A model generated the notes under the pieces. It saw nothing but the letters and a program-made list of their open reading frames with translations. It had not been told where the DNA came from and did no database searches. DNA of 63,521 nucleotides, the filler included, from Reclinomonas americana ATCC 50394 (taxonomy: Eukaryota), in the NCBI GenBank assembly GCA_048213135.1. It is 18 parts of 18 records of this genome, joined end to end, with 100 filler letters (N's around TTAATTAATTAA, not from the genome) between each part and the next. Parts side by side here need not be neighbours in the genome. Positions count along the whole stretch, not along the records: positions 1 to 3,747 come from AFZH01020425.1; positions 3,848 to 7,344 come from AFZH01020426.1; positions 7,445 to 9,926 come from AFZH01020428.1; positions 10,027 to 24,714 come from AFZH01020432.1; 14 more parts are not named here. One strand, written 5' to 3'. A program made the position numbers and the translations under genes. Shown one piece after another: positions 1 to 13,000 of this stretch (the stretch's first letter is position 1; every line of letters starts with the position of its first letter).

Positions 1-43
1 GTCTTCCTCTCTCTCTCTCTCTTCTCTGTGTGCGTGTGCGCAG

Positions 44-2472
44 GCAAGTCGCTGCACATCAACTCGACGTATCGTGCACTGGTCGACGATCGCCTCGGGG
101 AGACGCAGCTGGCGGATGAGTTTGCGCTATTGCCACGGCGACGGCGTCCCGTGGCGCCAATTCACGATCCGGCCTCACCTCTGCAGTACGACATTGCTGG
201 CACGGTGTGTTTGCGCGCCTTTCGCTTCATTCTCCTCTCTCCTTCCAACTCTTCCACATGTGGTGCAACAGGCCATCATCCAGCCCTACTTTGGCGATCA
301 GTGGCGATTCTGCATGGTGGACACGGGTGGCATTGCAGTGGGTGGCGACGTGCGAGTGTGGGAAGAGATCATTCTCGGACAGGTGCGACCGCTGTCGCCC
401 ATGCCGCTGATATCGCGTGCACTCGGCGATGTGCCACCGCCGTCTCCCATGTCGGCGCAGATGCATGCCATTATATATGTGGCCGACGCGCAGCGAATTG
501 ACGAGGTGCTGGTGTCGGCCAGTCCGGCTGTGCGCGATTTTTTCTTGTGTCAGCGTCGAAGAGGTATGCGCAAGCATGTGCTCTGCACCCTCGTGCACTT
601 GCTGACCCACAAATCGATTCGCTCGGCAGGTATTCCCGTGGTCACGGTGGTGACGCACTCGTCGCAGTTGAAGCCACGGCAACTCGAGGCCTGCATCGCG
701 CGTCTCATGCCCGTCACGTTGAGTGCCCGCGAGTCGTTTTTCTTCACCGATCCAGCGCCGTCTTCTGTGTCGCGCATCGTCGACGACACGGCTGCCAAGT
801 TGTATTTGCGAATCCTTGTTCATACACTGCAGGTACGTGTTGTTAATACGTCTGTTGTGATTCTTCTATTTTCTTCTCTCTCCTCCTCTCTCTCTCTCTC
901 TCTCTCCGGCCTCTCAAGCCCACGTTCCCTGCAGTTGTCCGAACGACACATTTCGCGGCGCATTCAGTTGGGCATGCCACACGATTTGTTGGATCGTGTA
1001 CGTCACCCTCCGCAGGCCGAGGACGACGAGCCGCTGCATCCCGGGCATGTGGCGCTTGTCCCAATCGGCCCACAACTCGGCGGCGCACGTGAAGCATCGG
1101 CGCCTGTGGGACCGCTTCCGGTTGCACACCCGTTCTCTCCACCGGTAGTAGCCCGACCACCGGTGGAGGTGGCGCCGCCACCCCTTCTTCAACCGTCGTC
1201 ACCTCGCAGCGTTGTCCTGCCGGCTGTGGTTGCTGCGCCACCGCCGATTGCCGCCGTGCCCGTGGTCGTCGCATTGCCTGCCAGAAGTATCTCGCCTCCG
1301 CTTTCCGCGCGCAGTTGGTCTCCAGCGCCACTCGTTAATCTGCATGCGTACTCCGAAGTCGCGGACGGCCGCCCAATGTCGGCCCGCGTGCGCACTGACG
1401 TCGAGGTAGACGAGCAGCTGCTGCCACCCGCACCCCTTGGGCCACCACCGAGCCTCGTGTTGCTTCGAGCTCCATCACCAGCGGCGTCGGTGCGACTGGT
1501 ATGTTGTCGGTGTACCTCTCTGATTTGCACTTATTTATATTCACTGAACATGGCGTGACAGTCGCCTGTGCAGCCGGTTGCAGCGGTGAGTAATTGTCAT
1601 GCATGCTGTCGATCGAGTCGTGCTAATTTTCCTCACCCGCGTGCTCAGCCATCGCCGCCCCCACCACCGCAGTCAGAAGCACCAGTGGCGCTGGTAAGCA
1701 GTGTTGTGTCTTCTTGCTTTCTCTTTCTCCGCTCTCAATGTAAGTCTTATTCGCAGCAGCGAGGCAGTGCTCCGGTGGTGGGCATGTCAACTGCGGCGCC
1801 ACCTCCTCCGCCAGCTCCCGTTGTCGTAGCCATGCCGGCGGTGAGTACCAGCTCAAGCTAGATGCACTCGCCTTGTTTCTTCTCATGTGGCTCTTGTCTG
1901 TGCGCGATAGGTGCCACTCAGCTACGTCAGACCACAAGTGTTACCGGTGGGTGCACTGCCGAAGCATTCTTTCATCTTGTCTGTACCGTGTGCTTACGTT
2001 CACGCAGGGAGTGGCATCTGCTGCCGCTGGTGCGCCCGTGGTGCCTCCGTTACTCAATGTGGCACCATCGCACGACATGGCCATGCAATCTGCCTTTTCC
2101 GAGGCTTCACCATCCGAGTCTGCGCGGCGCGACGATAGTGCTGCGCTGGCACTGGATGGTGAGGGTGACGACGAACAAGAAGAGGATGATGAGTCGGAGT
2201 GGGGCGAGCCTGCAGTTTCGCCACTCTATGGCGCTGGCCCCCTCGGTGGCATCAGTGGCGCAGTACGTGAGGCGGCTGCGGCAGCGGACGGCGAAGAAGA
2301 AGAAGAAATCGACGAGGAAGAGGAGGTGGAAGAGGAGGTGGAAGAGGAGGAGGAAGAGCAAGTTGGAGCCATCGACGATCCACTTGCCGCATTACAGGTA
2401 CCGAATGCACCCCTGCAGCAACAGGCACCTGCAGCAGCAGCGGCTTCAAGTCGAGTTGTTGTTCCGGCGTGA
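44..2472 (+). CDS. IFI44-like P-loop GTPase-fold protein with Pro-rich and acidic low-complexity C-terminus (multi-exon, 5' end outside window)
   Basis: Spliced translation gives GKSLHINS (G1 end), FCMVDTGG (G3), IILGQVRP, QMHAIIYVADAQRI, GIPVVTVVTHS and LYLRILVHTLQLSERHI. Order and spacing parallel the IFI44 family (GKSSFFNS, LCDSLG, ILNGNIRD, RIHCVAFVFDASSI, ALLTHVD). C-terminal exon linkage to the TGA at 2472 is inferred. Confidence 0.55.
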
Positions 2473-2969
2473 AGTCAGTAAACCGTCTTTGGCTAATTTT
2501 AGCAGTGGAGTGCGGTTGAGCTTCGTGTTTGCCTCCTGTGTCGGATTCTCTATTCACCCCACTTCCCACACAGTGTGTGTTTCCACATCGTCAAACAGAG
2601 GGAGAAACCCAGTCGAACAAACGCATTTTTTATTGCAATTGCTGCCTGTTGAATATCGGAAATACTGCAATCGCCACCGAGATGTGGTCTTCGGGGTTGT
2701 TGTCGACGACTGGAGACGTGTGCGATCGGCATTCGCTCGTCTGCATTCTCATGTGCATGTGTGTACGTTATGTCATTCACATTTCCGAGGCCTGCTGAAC
2801 CGTCCCCAACCGCATCTCAATTCCGACACTGCCACACCACTACAAAAGATCAGAAGAAAGCCGGTTCAGAACAATTATACTTCCCGACCACGAGCCAAGG
2901 CAACTTGCTCATACCTCTCTCCCCTTTACTCTCTCTGAAAAAAAGAAAAAGACACTCGAGCACAGCACG

Positions 2970-4687
2970 ATGCGCGGCACAGTCCACATTGTGTTGGTGC
3001 TTGCGGTGGCACTTGTGCTTGTCACGCACTTGTCCGACATGGTGGCGGCTGATGATCTCCCGCCGCCGCCGCCGCCGCCACCCGGTCCGCCTGGACCGCC
3101 ACCGCCGCCTGGACCGCCTGGTGAGATTACCAGAGCTGTTCATGCTTCCATGCTTGCCAGTGAGACTCACTTGCAATTGCTTGTCACGTGCACAGTCGGC
3201 GGCTCATGTGGCAACTGTCTGAAGCAGTGCTCCGAGACTCTGTACGACTGCGCCCACGTCGATGGTGGTGATCGCGAAGAGTGCATGAGCACCAACCTTG
3301 CGTGCATTCTCGACTGCGCCGTCACTGTCTGCCAGGACCACCACGATGACAACCATGGTTTGTTCGCGCTATAGCTGTGCCGCGTGAGAGGCGAACTCTT
3401 GAACAATCAACTGACGCCATGCCTTCCTTTCCACGAACAGGAGGCTCGTGTCCGTCGTATCCTCCGTGCTACGGACCGAACTGCGGTGGCCCCCAGCCGC
3501 CATGCTACGGCCCGAACTGCGGCGGCCCGCAGCCGCCGTGCAATGGCCCGAACTGTGGTGGCCCTCAGCCGCCATGCTACGGCCCGAACTGCGGTGGCCC
3601 TCAGCCGCCATGCTACGGCCCGAACTGCGGTGGTCCTCAGCCGCCATGCTACGGCCCGAACTGCGGTGGTCCTCAGCCGCCATGCTACGGCCCGAACTGC
3701 GGTCGGCCCTCGACGCCGCCATCGCTACGGCCCGAATGCGGCGGCCCNNNNNNNNNNNNNNNNNNNNNNNNNNNNNNNNNNNNNNNNNNNNTTAATTAAT
3801 TAANNNNNNNNNNNNNNNNNNNNNNNNNNNNNNNNNNNNNNNNNNNNCGCCTAGGCCGCCGTAGACCGTACTTACGGCCCGGAACCAGACGGTCGGACCC
3901 GTCTAGGCCGACCATCGGTCTTACGGCCCGGAACCTAGACGGTCGGCCTCAGCCGCCATGCTACGGCCCGAACTGCGGTGGTCCTCAGCCGCCATGCTAC
4001 GGCCCGAACTGCGGTGGTCCTCAGCCGCCATGCTACGGCCCGAACTGCGGTGGCCCTCAGCCGCCATGCTACGGCCCGAACTGCGGCGGCCCGCAGCCGC
4101 CGTGCAATGGCCCGAACTGTGGTGGTCCTCAGCCGCCATGCAACGGACCCGACTGTGGTGGTCCTCAGCCTCCATGCTACGGCCCGAACTGCGGTGGCCC
4201 GCAGCCGCCTTGCAATGGCCCGAACTGCGGTGGCCCGCAGCCGCCGTGCAACGGACCCGACTGTGGCCCGCAGCCGCCTTGCAACGGCCCGAACTGCGGT
4301 CCTCAGCCGCCTTGCAATGGCCCGAACTGTGGTGGTCCTCAGCCGCCTTGCAACGGCCCCGACTGCTCGCCGCCGCCACCACCGCCTCCGTGCAACGGCC
4401 CCGACTGCCCGCCTCCTGCACCCACCGCCTTCTCCGCCACCACTGACTTCACCGTTCCCAAGTCAGTGAGCCGCTCGCTGCTCCAACTCAAGCTGGCTGC
4501 CACAAGCGAGGAGAAACAGTCTCGCAGCTCGAACTCAGCTGTGAGCTGGCTGGTGCAGGCGATTGCCGCCGTCGGACTGTGCGCTCTGTCGGTCACCTTG
4601 ACGGTGTTCATCATGAAACGCCGCATGCACGCGCAGGCCACGGCCTTTGCGTCGCTGCAGTCGAGTGATGCCACCGGCAGTGTGTGA
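2970..4687 (+). CDS. Type I membrane/surface protein: signal peptide, poly-Pro, Cys-rich module, tandem PPC(Y/N)GP(N/D)CGGPQ repeats, C-terminal TM helix and short tail
   Basis: Signal peptide MRGTVHIVLVLAVALVLV. Two GT-AG introns (about 3121-3195 and 3358-3440) join the poly-Pro, Cys module and repeat exons in frame. After the gap the repeat frame (from 3947) is open through WLVQAIAAVGLCALSVTLTVFIMKRR to TGA at 4687. Confidence 0.8.
3460..4410 (+). repeat. Coding 36-bp tandem repeat (12-aa unit), about 20 units visible, interrupted by an assembly gap
   Basis: Unit ccgccatgctacggcccgaactgcggtggtcctcag is directly visible on both sides of the gap. Confidence 0.95.
3748..3847. other. Artificial 100-nt assembly spacer N44-TTAATTAATTAA-N44 (first of 17; others start at 7345, 9927, 24715, 26627, 29726, 30862, 32229, 33883, 39620, 43571, 46448, 48228, 50541, 53064, 60792, 62398)
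   Basis: Identical N-flanked six-frame-stop linker at every gap, usually next to microsatellites or repeats. Confidence 0.97.
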
Positions 4688-4784
4688 GCGAGATTTGAGA
4701 GTGGCAGACACAAATCAGAGTTGACTCTCGTAGAAAATGATTGCAAACAGATCTAGAATGATGATATAATACGAAAACTTCTCT

Positions 4785-7700
4785 TCATACACGACAATCA
4801 CCACCAACAAAAAGCACACGTGCAGTACCGGCACTGGCACCATTGGGAGTACATACGGCTCTCTCCAGACTATTGCCAACAAGGGCACACGATGCGGGAG
4901 AGGGAGAGCTCAGGCTGAACGTTGGCATATTCGGTCGAGTCACGAACGTAATTCCATCAGACGATGTCGACAGTGCTGAAGTTCCGATGAGACCAATATA
5001 CGATCCATCGGGGCTGACAACGATGAGCCGGAAACTTGTTGCGACAGTGGCGGTCAGCGTGAACGAGGATCCGGAATTGGTCGATACGTACACACCACCA
5101 GTTGACGCAAGTGCTGCGACTTTCTGGCCGTCTCCACTGCACGCGACGCTCCGCCACTGCCGGCTCGACTCAATCGTTGTCCATGTCTGGCCGCCATCAT
5201 AGGATGCTCGCAGTGGACTAGCGGTATTTACAGGCGCAGAGCCATAAATGATCCGACCGTCATTGGAGATCGTGATACTTGACCACACGATACTGGGTGC
5301 ATTTGTCAACTGACTGAACGTCTGACCCGAATCGCTCGACAAATAAAGTGAATCGGCGCCTGGTGAAAAATAGTCAACAAGCACGTAAACACCGTCAGCA
5401 CTGCACGCCAAGTTTGTCAGCGAGCCAGCAGAAGCGCCAGTACTCAGTGTAAACCACGTCACTCCAGCGTCAGTAGACGACAGCAAGGTGCCCGCAGATA
5501 TTGCGTACATGCGTGCACCACTGGCACTCGACAGTATTCGGGACCAGGCGCGAACGTTGCTGGCTCCAAGGGACGTCCAGCTTGCACCAAAGTCCATCGA
5601 CCGATACAAAGGACCATTATTGATCGCAGCGAACATCTTGCTGCCATCGCTATTGGCTGCCACAGCCGACCAGTTAACAGCTGCAATAGTGGTATACACG
5701 ACACTCCAGGTAACGCCCGAATCGGACGACGTGTACAGTTGACCACCGCTACCTACGCCTGCCATAAGGCGTGAGCCGTCACCGTTGGAGGTCACAGTGG
5801 TCCACAACTGCACCGTGGCACGAGCAGTCCATGTCACTCCTGCGTCAGTGGACGTGTAGATCTGACCGCCGCTCACGGCAGCGACCAGCTTGTCGCCGGT
5901 GGAGTCGGAGGCCACAGTAACCCAGTTGCGGGTTGATTCTCTAGCAGCCCAGCTGGCTCCGGAATCGAGAGACGTGTACAGTTGTCCTCCATTCGCAGCA
6001 GCAATCATTTTCGTCCCGTCGTCACTCATTGCTATTGCCGACCACGCCCGGTTGGCATCCACCGCTGTCCACGCAGAATTGAATCCTGAACCAGAGGGAG
6101 ATACGTAAATCTGTCCACCGTTAACCACAGCCGCCATGCGAGTTCCATCGCGACTCACAGCCACTGCCGCCCAGTTTCGCGCATTGCCACTGTCAGCCGA
6201 CGACGCAGAGGCGCCGCCCGTCCAAAACATGACCCTTGTCAGTTGAGCCTGTTCGACGTAAGCCAAAACGGCGAGATCGCGGCTCCCGGCTGCTGATATG
6301 CTGACAGTATTCGACAGAGTCAAGGACCCCTGATTTGAGAACGACACGGTGGTTGATGATCGGGTATAAATTGTCGCAACTGCAGTGCTTGTAAAAAAGA
6401 TTTTGGTGCCGGCATCGTTGACGACAATGCCGGTGAAACTCAAATTGAGTGATGACACGTTACTCCATGTTTGTCCACTGTCAACCGATACAGACGGGAC
6501 AGCACCACCTAACTCGGAGGTAAACGTGGCAGCAAGAAAAGTTCCACTGGTGTTACTCGCCACCCTCGACCAGGGCGCAGCAAATCCCGTTCTGAAATTT
6601 GCACAAGCGCAAGACCCGCCTGCATGGGGAGAATACAACCACAATAATCATCAGTATGCAACAAGCAAGCGGGAGAAACTGGCAAACAATGACTCACCTG
6701 ACCAAAGCGTGTTGCAGTTACAGCTGCCGTCGGCATTGCACGACCCGTGTCCGGAGCACGTCACCAACGGACTGCAGTTGCAGTTGCTGTTGACATAGTC
6801 GCCGGTGCACTGACACGTTCCATCCGTCTGGCACGAACCGTGACCGGAGCACGTGCTAGCCGCCACACAGTTGACGCTGCACGATGATCCGTAGTAGTTT
6901 GCATCACACTGGCACGTTCCATCCGACTGACAAGAACCGTGGCCGGAGCACGTCGTCGCGACATTGCATGCTGACCCGCCGACACTGCTGCCGCACGACG
7001 CACCACTGTACCCAGTGTCACACTGACACGTTCCATCCGTCTGGCACGAACCGTGACCAGAGCATGTGCTGGCCGCCACACAATTGACACTGCACGATGA
7101 TCCGTAGTAATTCGCATCACACTGGCACGTCGCATCGACGTTGCACGAACCGTGACCGGAGCACGTCACCAACGGACTGCAGTTGCAGTTGCTGTTGACA
7201 TAGTCGCCAGTGCACAGACACGTTCCGTCCGTCTTGCACGAACCGTGGCCGGAGCATGTGCTAGCGGCGATACAACTGACGCTGCACGATGATCCGTAGT
7301 GATTCGCAGCACATTGACACGACCCATTCGTCTGGCACGAACCANNNNNNNNNNNNNNNNNNNNNNNNNNNNNNNNNNNNNNNNNNNNTTAATTAATTAA
7401 NNNNNNNNNNNNNNNNNNNNNNNNNNNNNNNNNNNNNNNNNNNNTCGGAGAGCGCTGTCTTGTTGCCCTTGACAGGGAACCGCGACGTGCTCACTCCGTA
7501 CACGGCGAGCGCATATGTGGGAATGGTGGCGAACGTGGCTTTCGCAGACACGGTCTCCGTCTGTGCCAAGAAGAACGTCAGCAAACACAGCAGTACTCAA
7601 TCTCTGCGGCACGACAATGACAGACTCACGGTCGACACGTTCTTGGTGGTACTCGCTCCCGTCCACGCGTTGCCGTTCGACACATTGAGCTGCCCGTCTG

Positions 7701-9594
7701 CAGAATACGCACTGTCGGGGTGCGCGTAGAATGCCAAATAGTCTGCACCGAAAGCATTCATAAGACAGACGCAGGTCGACAGACTGCAGGAACGCATGGG
7801 AATGAACGCACTCAATTTCAAAGTCGACACTGACGCAGTGCATCTCGTCGTCAAAGAACTCGTCGACACGGTCGGCTTGCCACAGCTGACGTAGGTATCC
7901 ACAGCAAGAAACCCCACATTATCGTAATGCTGGATCCCAAACAGCACGCGCGGCGTGCGAAAGAACCGCTTGGGGAATATTGTCGATACTTCCAACTCAA
8001 AAAATGGAACGGCCGTCGTTCCGCGTTTCGTCGTTTTCGACACTCGAGCCTCACCATCAAGAACCATGATGCCAGAGACAAAGGCTTCGCTGGTCCGCTT
8101 GTACTCTTGATTGTTGACGGCGACGCAGAGCTGGAGAGCCGCACCGCCGAGCGACGAATTCGGGGTGACAGAGATGAGGAAGCTGGCGCAGCCGGTGGTG
8201 AACTCACACAACGCCGGGCCGATTGTGGTCATGGTGGCGCCGGTAGCTGATGGTGCGCTGGAATAATCCGGGGTCGAGGCACAGTCCAGACCAAATGAGA
8301 CAAGCTTGAATGCCGTGCAGTCGTTCAGCGTGCGCGAGCTGGAGCCGATGGTGATGACGTTCTGCTTCCCGAACTCGAGCAGAGTGGGCGTGGCATAAGC
8401 GACAGGAGTTATCGGGGAACCGCCGGCTTTGCCGTTGGTACTGGCAACCAGGAACACGGATGCGACGGGCAACCGATACAACAGTGGGCCGCCAGACTGA
8501 AAGCTGTGACGACAACGATAAGAATGAGCCGAGAAGAAGAGCGCAGAGTGAGGTAAGCGCGGAGTACACTCACCGACCACACAAAAATCCCGTCTGCGGG
8601 GGCGCCAGTGCACAAGTACCGGTGGCCAGCGGTCCCTTGGAGCCTTCACCAAAGGACGTGGCGGTGGCCACGGAGAGCACGACAGACGCGCCGTCGATGG
8701 ACTTCAGCTTCACCTGGGTGTTGACTACACTCGGGCCGGTGCAGTCGGCCTGCGAGCGCAGCTCAAACGTGGTGGTCGCACCGGGAACAGGCGAACGCGG
8801 AATGAACTGCGTCGGCACACTCATCGAGAATGCCGCCATGCCAAGGGGGATGCTCTGTGGCAGCGGGGGCGTGGACGACGGGGAGGCGTCTGCACCGAAA
8901 AAGTGAAAGTGAGTGGCGCGGGAGGGGAGGCGAGGACAGAAGAGAAGGGGAGGAAAGACTCACAGACAAAAACGATGCCGACAAACTCCATGTCAAATGC
9001 ATCGGCGGCGACTCCGTCATAGTCGACACAGAGAAAGCGCTCGCCACCACGGTCGGCAGCCGCAGAGAACGCGACAGTGGCGGCACCAATGCTGCTGTTG
9101 ACACTCAACAGTGCCGACACGGCAGTGGGCGCCACTCCCTCACACGCGCGCGATGCAAACACTCGGAGTGTGGAGGTGCTGGTGAATGCAGCATTCGTCG
9201 GTACGCCCACAAGCGAGAGGTCGACAAGTTGACCAGCGGTCTCCGCGCGGATGACGAGCGATGACGGAACGAGGACTGTATGCGGATGGATGATGATGAG
9301 TTTGGCGCGCAAATTGTGCGCGTCGACCGTTTCTCTCCAGCACTCTTTTCTTTTTCTCCCCTCTCTTTTTCTAGAATGCATGCATGAGGGTGTGTATGCG
9401 TGTGGAGGGCATTGACAGTGTGAGGAAGAGAAGAGAGAGACAAGTCGTGCAGAGAGAGTGGGAGAGAAGAGAGAAAGAACAAAGAAAACGGTCGACGTCG
9501 CATGCATCTGCTGAGCCTCACCAGCAGCCGAGGTTAAGAGAGCGGCAAAAGTGAGGACGCACACGGCGACGGCAATCGCAAGGCGACCGTGCAT
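4785..9594 (-). CDS. Secreted modular protein: signal peptide, unrecognised Cys-containing core, H-type-lectin-like domain(s), EGF-like repeats, Asp-box (BNR) beta-propeller
   Basis: Signal peptide MHGRLAIAVAVCVLTFAALL; STIFPKRFFRTPRVLFGI (H-lectin-like); TCSGHGSCxxDGTCQC repeats at 6700-7344. A phase-compatible intron (about 6697-6621) leads into a final exon with repeated WxxVAxSxDGxKxxA...YTSxDxGxTW. Linkage across gap 7345-7444 is inferred. Confidence 0.7.
6700..7344 (-). repeat. Tandem EGF-like coding repeats (about 30-36 aa units, at least 6 visible)
   Basis: Repeated TCSGHGSC(Q/N)xDG(T/S)CxCxxxYxGxxC in the translation, with near-identical DNA units. Confidence 0.9.
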
Positions 9595-10026
9595 GCGCTC
9601 AGTACGCCTTCTGAGAGGAGAAACAGGATTTTCTGTTTCGCGATCGATTCACCGGAGTTGCAGCGAGATGTCCGCCACAAGGGTTTTATCGCATGTCTCT
9701 CTCGCTCTCACGCATGCATATTCTGGCAGCAACCGAGCAACAGCTGAGCATCATGATAAAGTGCAACTCGACGAGTGTCCGCTCACAGCGACGTCGAATA
9801 TATTTGAGATTACGAAGAGCAGCACCATCGATATCCATGTGGCTTCAACCATGATCAGAGGCTTCCACGCACAGCAGCGGATGCACACTGTACTCTCATG
9901 TCATGATGGTTGAATGCAACGCTGCGNNNNNNNNNNNNNNNNNNNNNNNNNNNNNNNNNNNNNNNNNNNNTTAATTAATTAANNNNNNNNNNNNNNNNNN
10001 NNNNNNNNNNNNNNNNNNNNNNNNNN

Positions 10027-13000
10027 ACTGACCGTCGATCCGCCACTGTACTATTGGTATGTCAATGCCAATCGTTTTATCTTCAAGCTTCCCTTCCTAT
10101 AATACACACTTGCACCACGACAGGGGTTCGTGGTTTGGCAGCACCGACAGCGACGTTGTGTACGATGCCACCACCAACAGCGTGGGCCAGCTGGTACTCG
10201 GCGGCACGTCCAGGTGAGTCGCAAGTGCAGAGCACGTGAGAGAGATACTGAGAACTGACATTGCCGTCACCATCAGAAACACCATTTTCGGAAAGCAGTC
10301 TGGTGCGTACGACGTGCATCCTTACACAACTCCTTCGTTCTTCCATCGTTCACCTCCTTCTCTCAGCTGGCGGCAGCGACGCACTGGCTATCGTGATCGA
10401 TCCACAGCTCTCGTCTGTGCCTTTTGTGGCGCTATGGGGCGGCAATGACAACGACGTGGCGAATGGAGTCGCCGTTGATTCGACAGACATCATTGGCATT
10501 ACAGGTTAGAGCGATCACCTTGTTTTTCAGTTTCTCTTCTCTCCTACTTCTCCACCCCTATCCACATACACATTGCCGTCTTTTGCTGTGCAATCCACTT
10601 GCGATCTTTTCTTCGCATTGAGCGGGCAGTTTCTCCTCTTCCCCTCTCTCTTGTGCTCCTTGGCTCACTTTCCCTATTCAGGAACCACCATGTCCTCCAT
10701 GCCAGCCACAAGTACCATGGCCTTCAAGAAGCGCTACACGGGAAATGGCGCGTCGCCCGGCATTGCCTTTGTGGCACGCTTCAACCCAACGACCGGACTT
10801 CTGCTGTCGGCCACATTGCTGAACGAGAACGTCATTGGCCAGAGCTCTGGGCAATCCATCACCTTTGATGCAAGCAATCGAGCCGTCGTTGTGGGCCTCG
10901 TTGCGTAAAGTCAGTGCACAATTACATCCTGATTTCATGAACTCATCGTCGCGTGTGCCTCTGACACAAGGCCCAACGCACGGATTTTGCCGAGTTTGAC
11001 TGGGGCTATGAGTTGCGGTTGCGTGCTGGTGCAGATGCTCTTTACGCTTGCTTATACGGGCTGCAGAGTCTGCGATATCGCCGAGATGGCACCGCATTCG
11101 TGGTGCACTATTAACTGGGGATTCATTTTGGTTCGTACTCAACTCTTACTCTCTCTCTCTCTCTCATTCTCTTCACCCATTCACCTTCTCACCCATCATC
11201 TCTCGCCAGCGACTAACTGCAAACGGGTTGAACCGAGACATGGCTGGCCAGCTTATGTCCACCAGCAATAATAGGGCGACAACGGCTGGTTCGCTCACCT
11301 ACTCCGAGAACATGCGATATGCTGTGTTTGGTTCACTCACTGCTCGGCCATTTAACTTCCAGACTTCATTGTTTATCATGCGGATTCACAAATGTTTGTG
11401 GTGGCCGGTACGACTCAGCAGGAGTTGTGGTCGGACAATACCATGGTTTGTGATATCGGTTTTGCGTTCAATGCTGTCTTTGACTAACACGCAATCAAAT
11501 CACAGCCCACTGTTGGCGATTATAATCGCGTTTCTGTGGAGCAGGCCGGCGCAGCGGTGGTGAAAACCTACATTGCCGCAATCGACAGCGCGACCTTCTC
11601 GTTTCTGTTCTGGTCGTACAACACCGCAAATTCTCCTCCTCCTCCGATGGACGGAGCGCGATACTGGGTGCCCTGCTATCCGCGCTCGCTCTCTGCCAAG
11701 AGCGCCTCCATCTGGATCTCTGGTGCGTGCCTTTTGAGTTTTCCTCCTACCACACACAGCAGCCGACTATTTTTTGTTCCATACACAGTGACCTGCGACG
11801 CTGCTGCAAAGAATGCTCAGCCAAATCGTGCGTTCTTGTTGATACCACTTGGCATTTTGACCAGTCGTCTAACTGATCGATCATTCCAGCACTTGTCTCT
11901 CTACACGCGCAGGATGACCATGGCAACGACAACACAATCACACCCTCAACCCGCATCGTGTATCTTGCTTCTGTGAGTACGTGCGCGACAGCTGCCGGGC
12001 TCGCAGTTGATTCTTACTCGGGTGCTTCCGTTACGTAGTGGGACTTTGATGGCGGGGATCCAGAAGGCGTGATTTATTATCTAAGCTGGGGTGCGGCCCT
12101 TACTCGCGTGGAACTCACCTCCGAAACGGATGCATTCGGCGCAGTGGCGGTCAGCAACGATGAAAATTTGTGCGTCGAGACCTAGAAACTCAGCAGCAGG
12201 TTCACTTCTCGTGGACACTAACACTCCGTCTGCCGTCCACAGCGCGTGGGTGTCGTCACCGGATTGCCTGTGAGTCTCCGGTTTCATGTTCACATCATCT
12301 TCTGCTGCCGCACCTGACGGTTTGCATGCAGCTTCCAATATGTGAATTTGAATACGTACGCCATCACCAAGCAAGTCGTGAGTCCGACGAGCGACATGCC
12401 AGCACGCACGTTTCCCAATTATAGCCACTTGGTGTTACGCGATGCCACCGGCAATATCTTCACCGTATACAACGGCAACAGTGCAGCCAACCAGGTGGGT
12501 CGTCTCTATCTGCCACCATTCATCATTCGCCACCATTGCTGATTGCACGTGTACACAGGGCGGCGATTATCCAAGTCTTGGCAGCAACTTGCAGAAGCTG
12601 CAGACCATCAACATGCCGTCGCCCGACGTGTGGGTGAGCAAGGTTTACTACTCCGAGGGTGCGTATATCCAGCTGTGAAGTGTGCATCTCGCCGTGTACC
12701 CACTCTTTAGCCCTTTTTCGGAACAGCAACTCCGCTGTCGGTCACCAACTTTGCGGAGGACGTCGCCCAGCGGCGGTTGACGCAAGTGGTGCTCACCTGG
12801 TCCATTCCCAGCACGTACCTCACGTGGGGTCGCTTCTATCTGGATCTCCAGTTCAAGCTGTCCACGGCTGGTGAGTCTGCTAGCTTGAGCGCACGAGTTC
12901 CACCGAATGATGCTGATACAACGTGCAATATTGATAGCACAATACGTCAGCTACACGGGGTGCGGAACCATCTTTGGGACCACTTGTACTGTCAGTGGCC

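Noticed and set aside
2970..3120. Minicollagen or collagen homologue
   Set aside because: Only three GPP triplets, not a continuous Gly-X-Y run, and no CxxxCxxxCxxxCxxxCC domain.
3792..3803. Recurrent TTAATTAATTAA palindrome (PacI/TTAA-like) as a biological element
   Set aside because: Always centred in a fixed 100-nt N block, so it is an assembly linker with stops in all frames.
3848..3946. Apparently diverged or frameshifted copies of the 36-bp repeat (also about 3700-3747)
   Set aside because: Confined to contig ends with scattered single-base insertions; low-quality sequence is more likely than a pseudogene.
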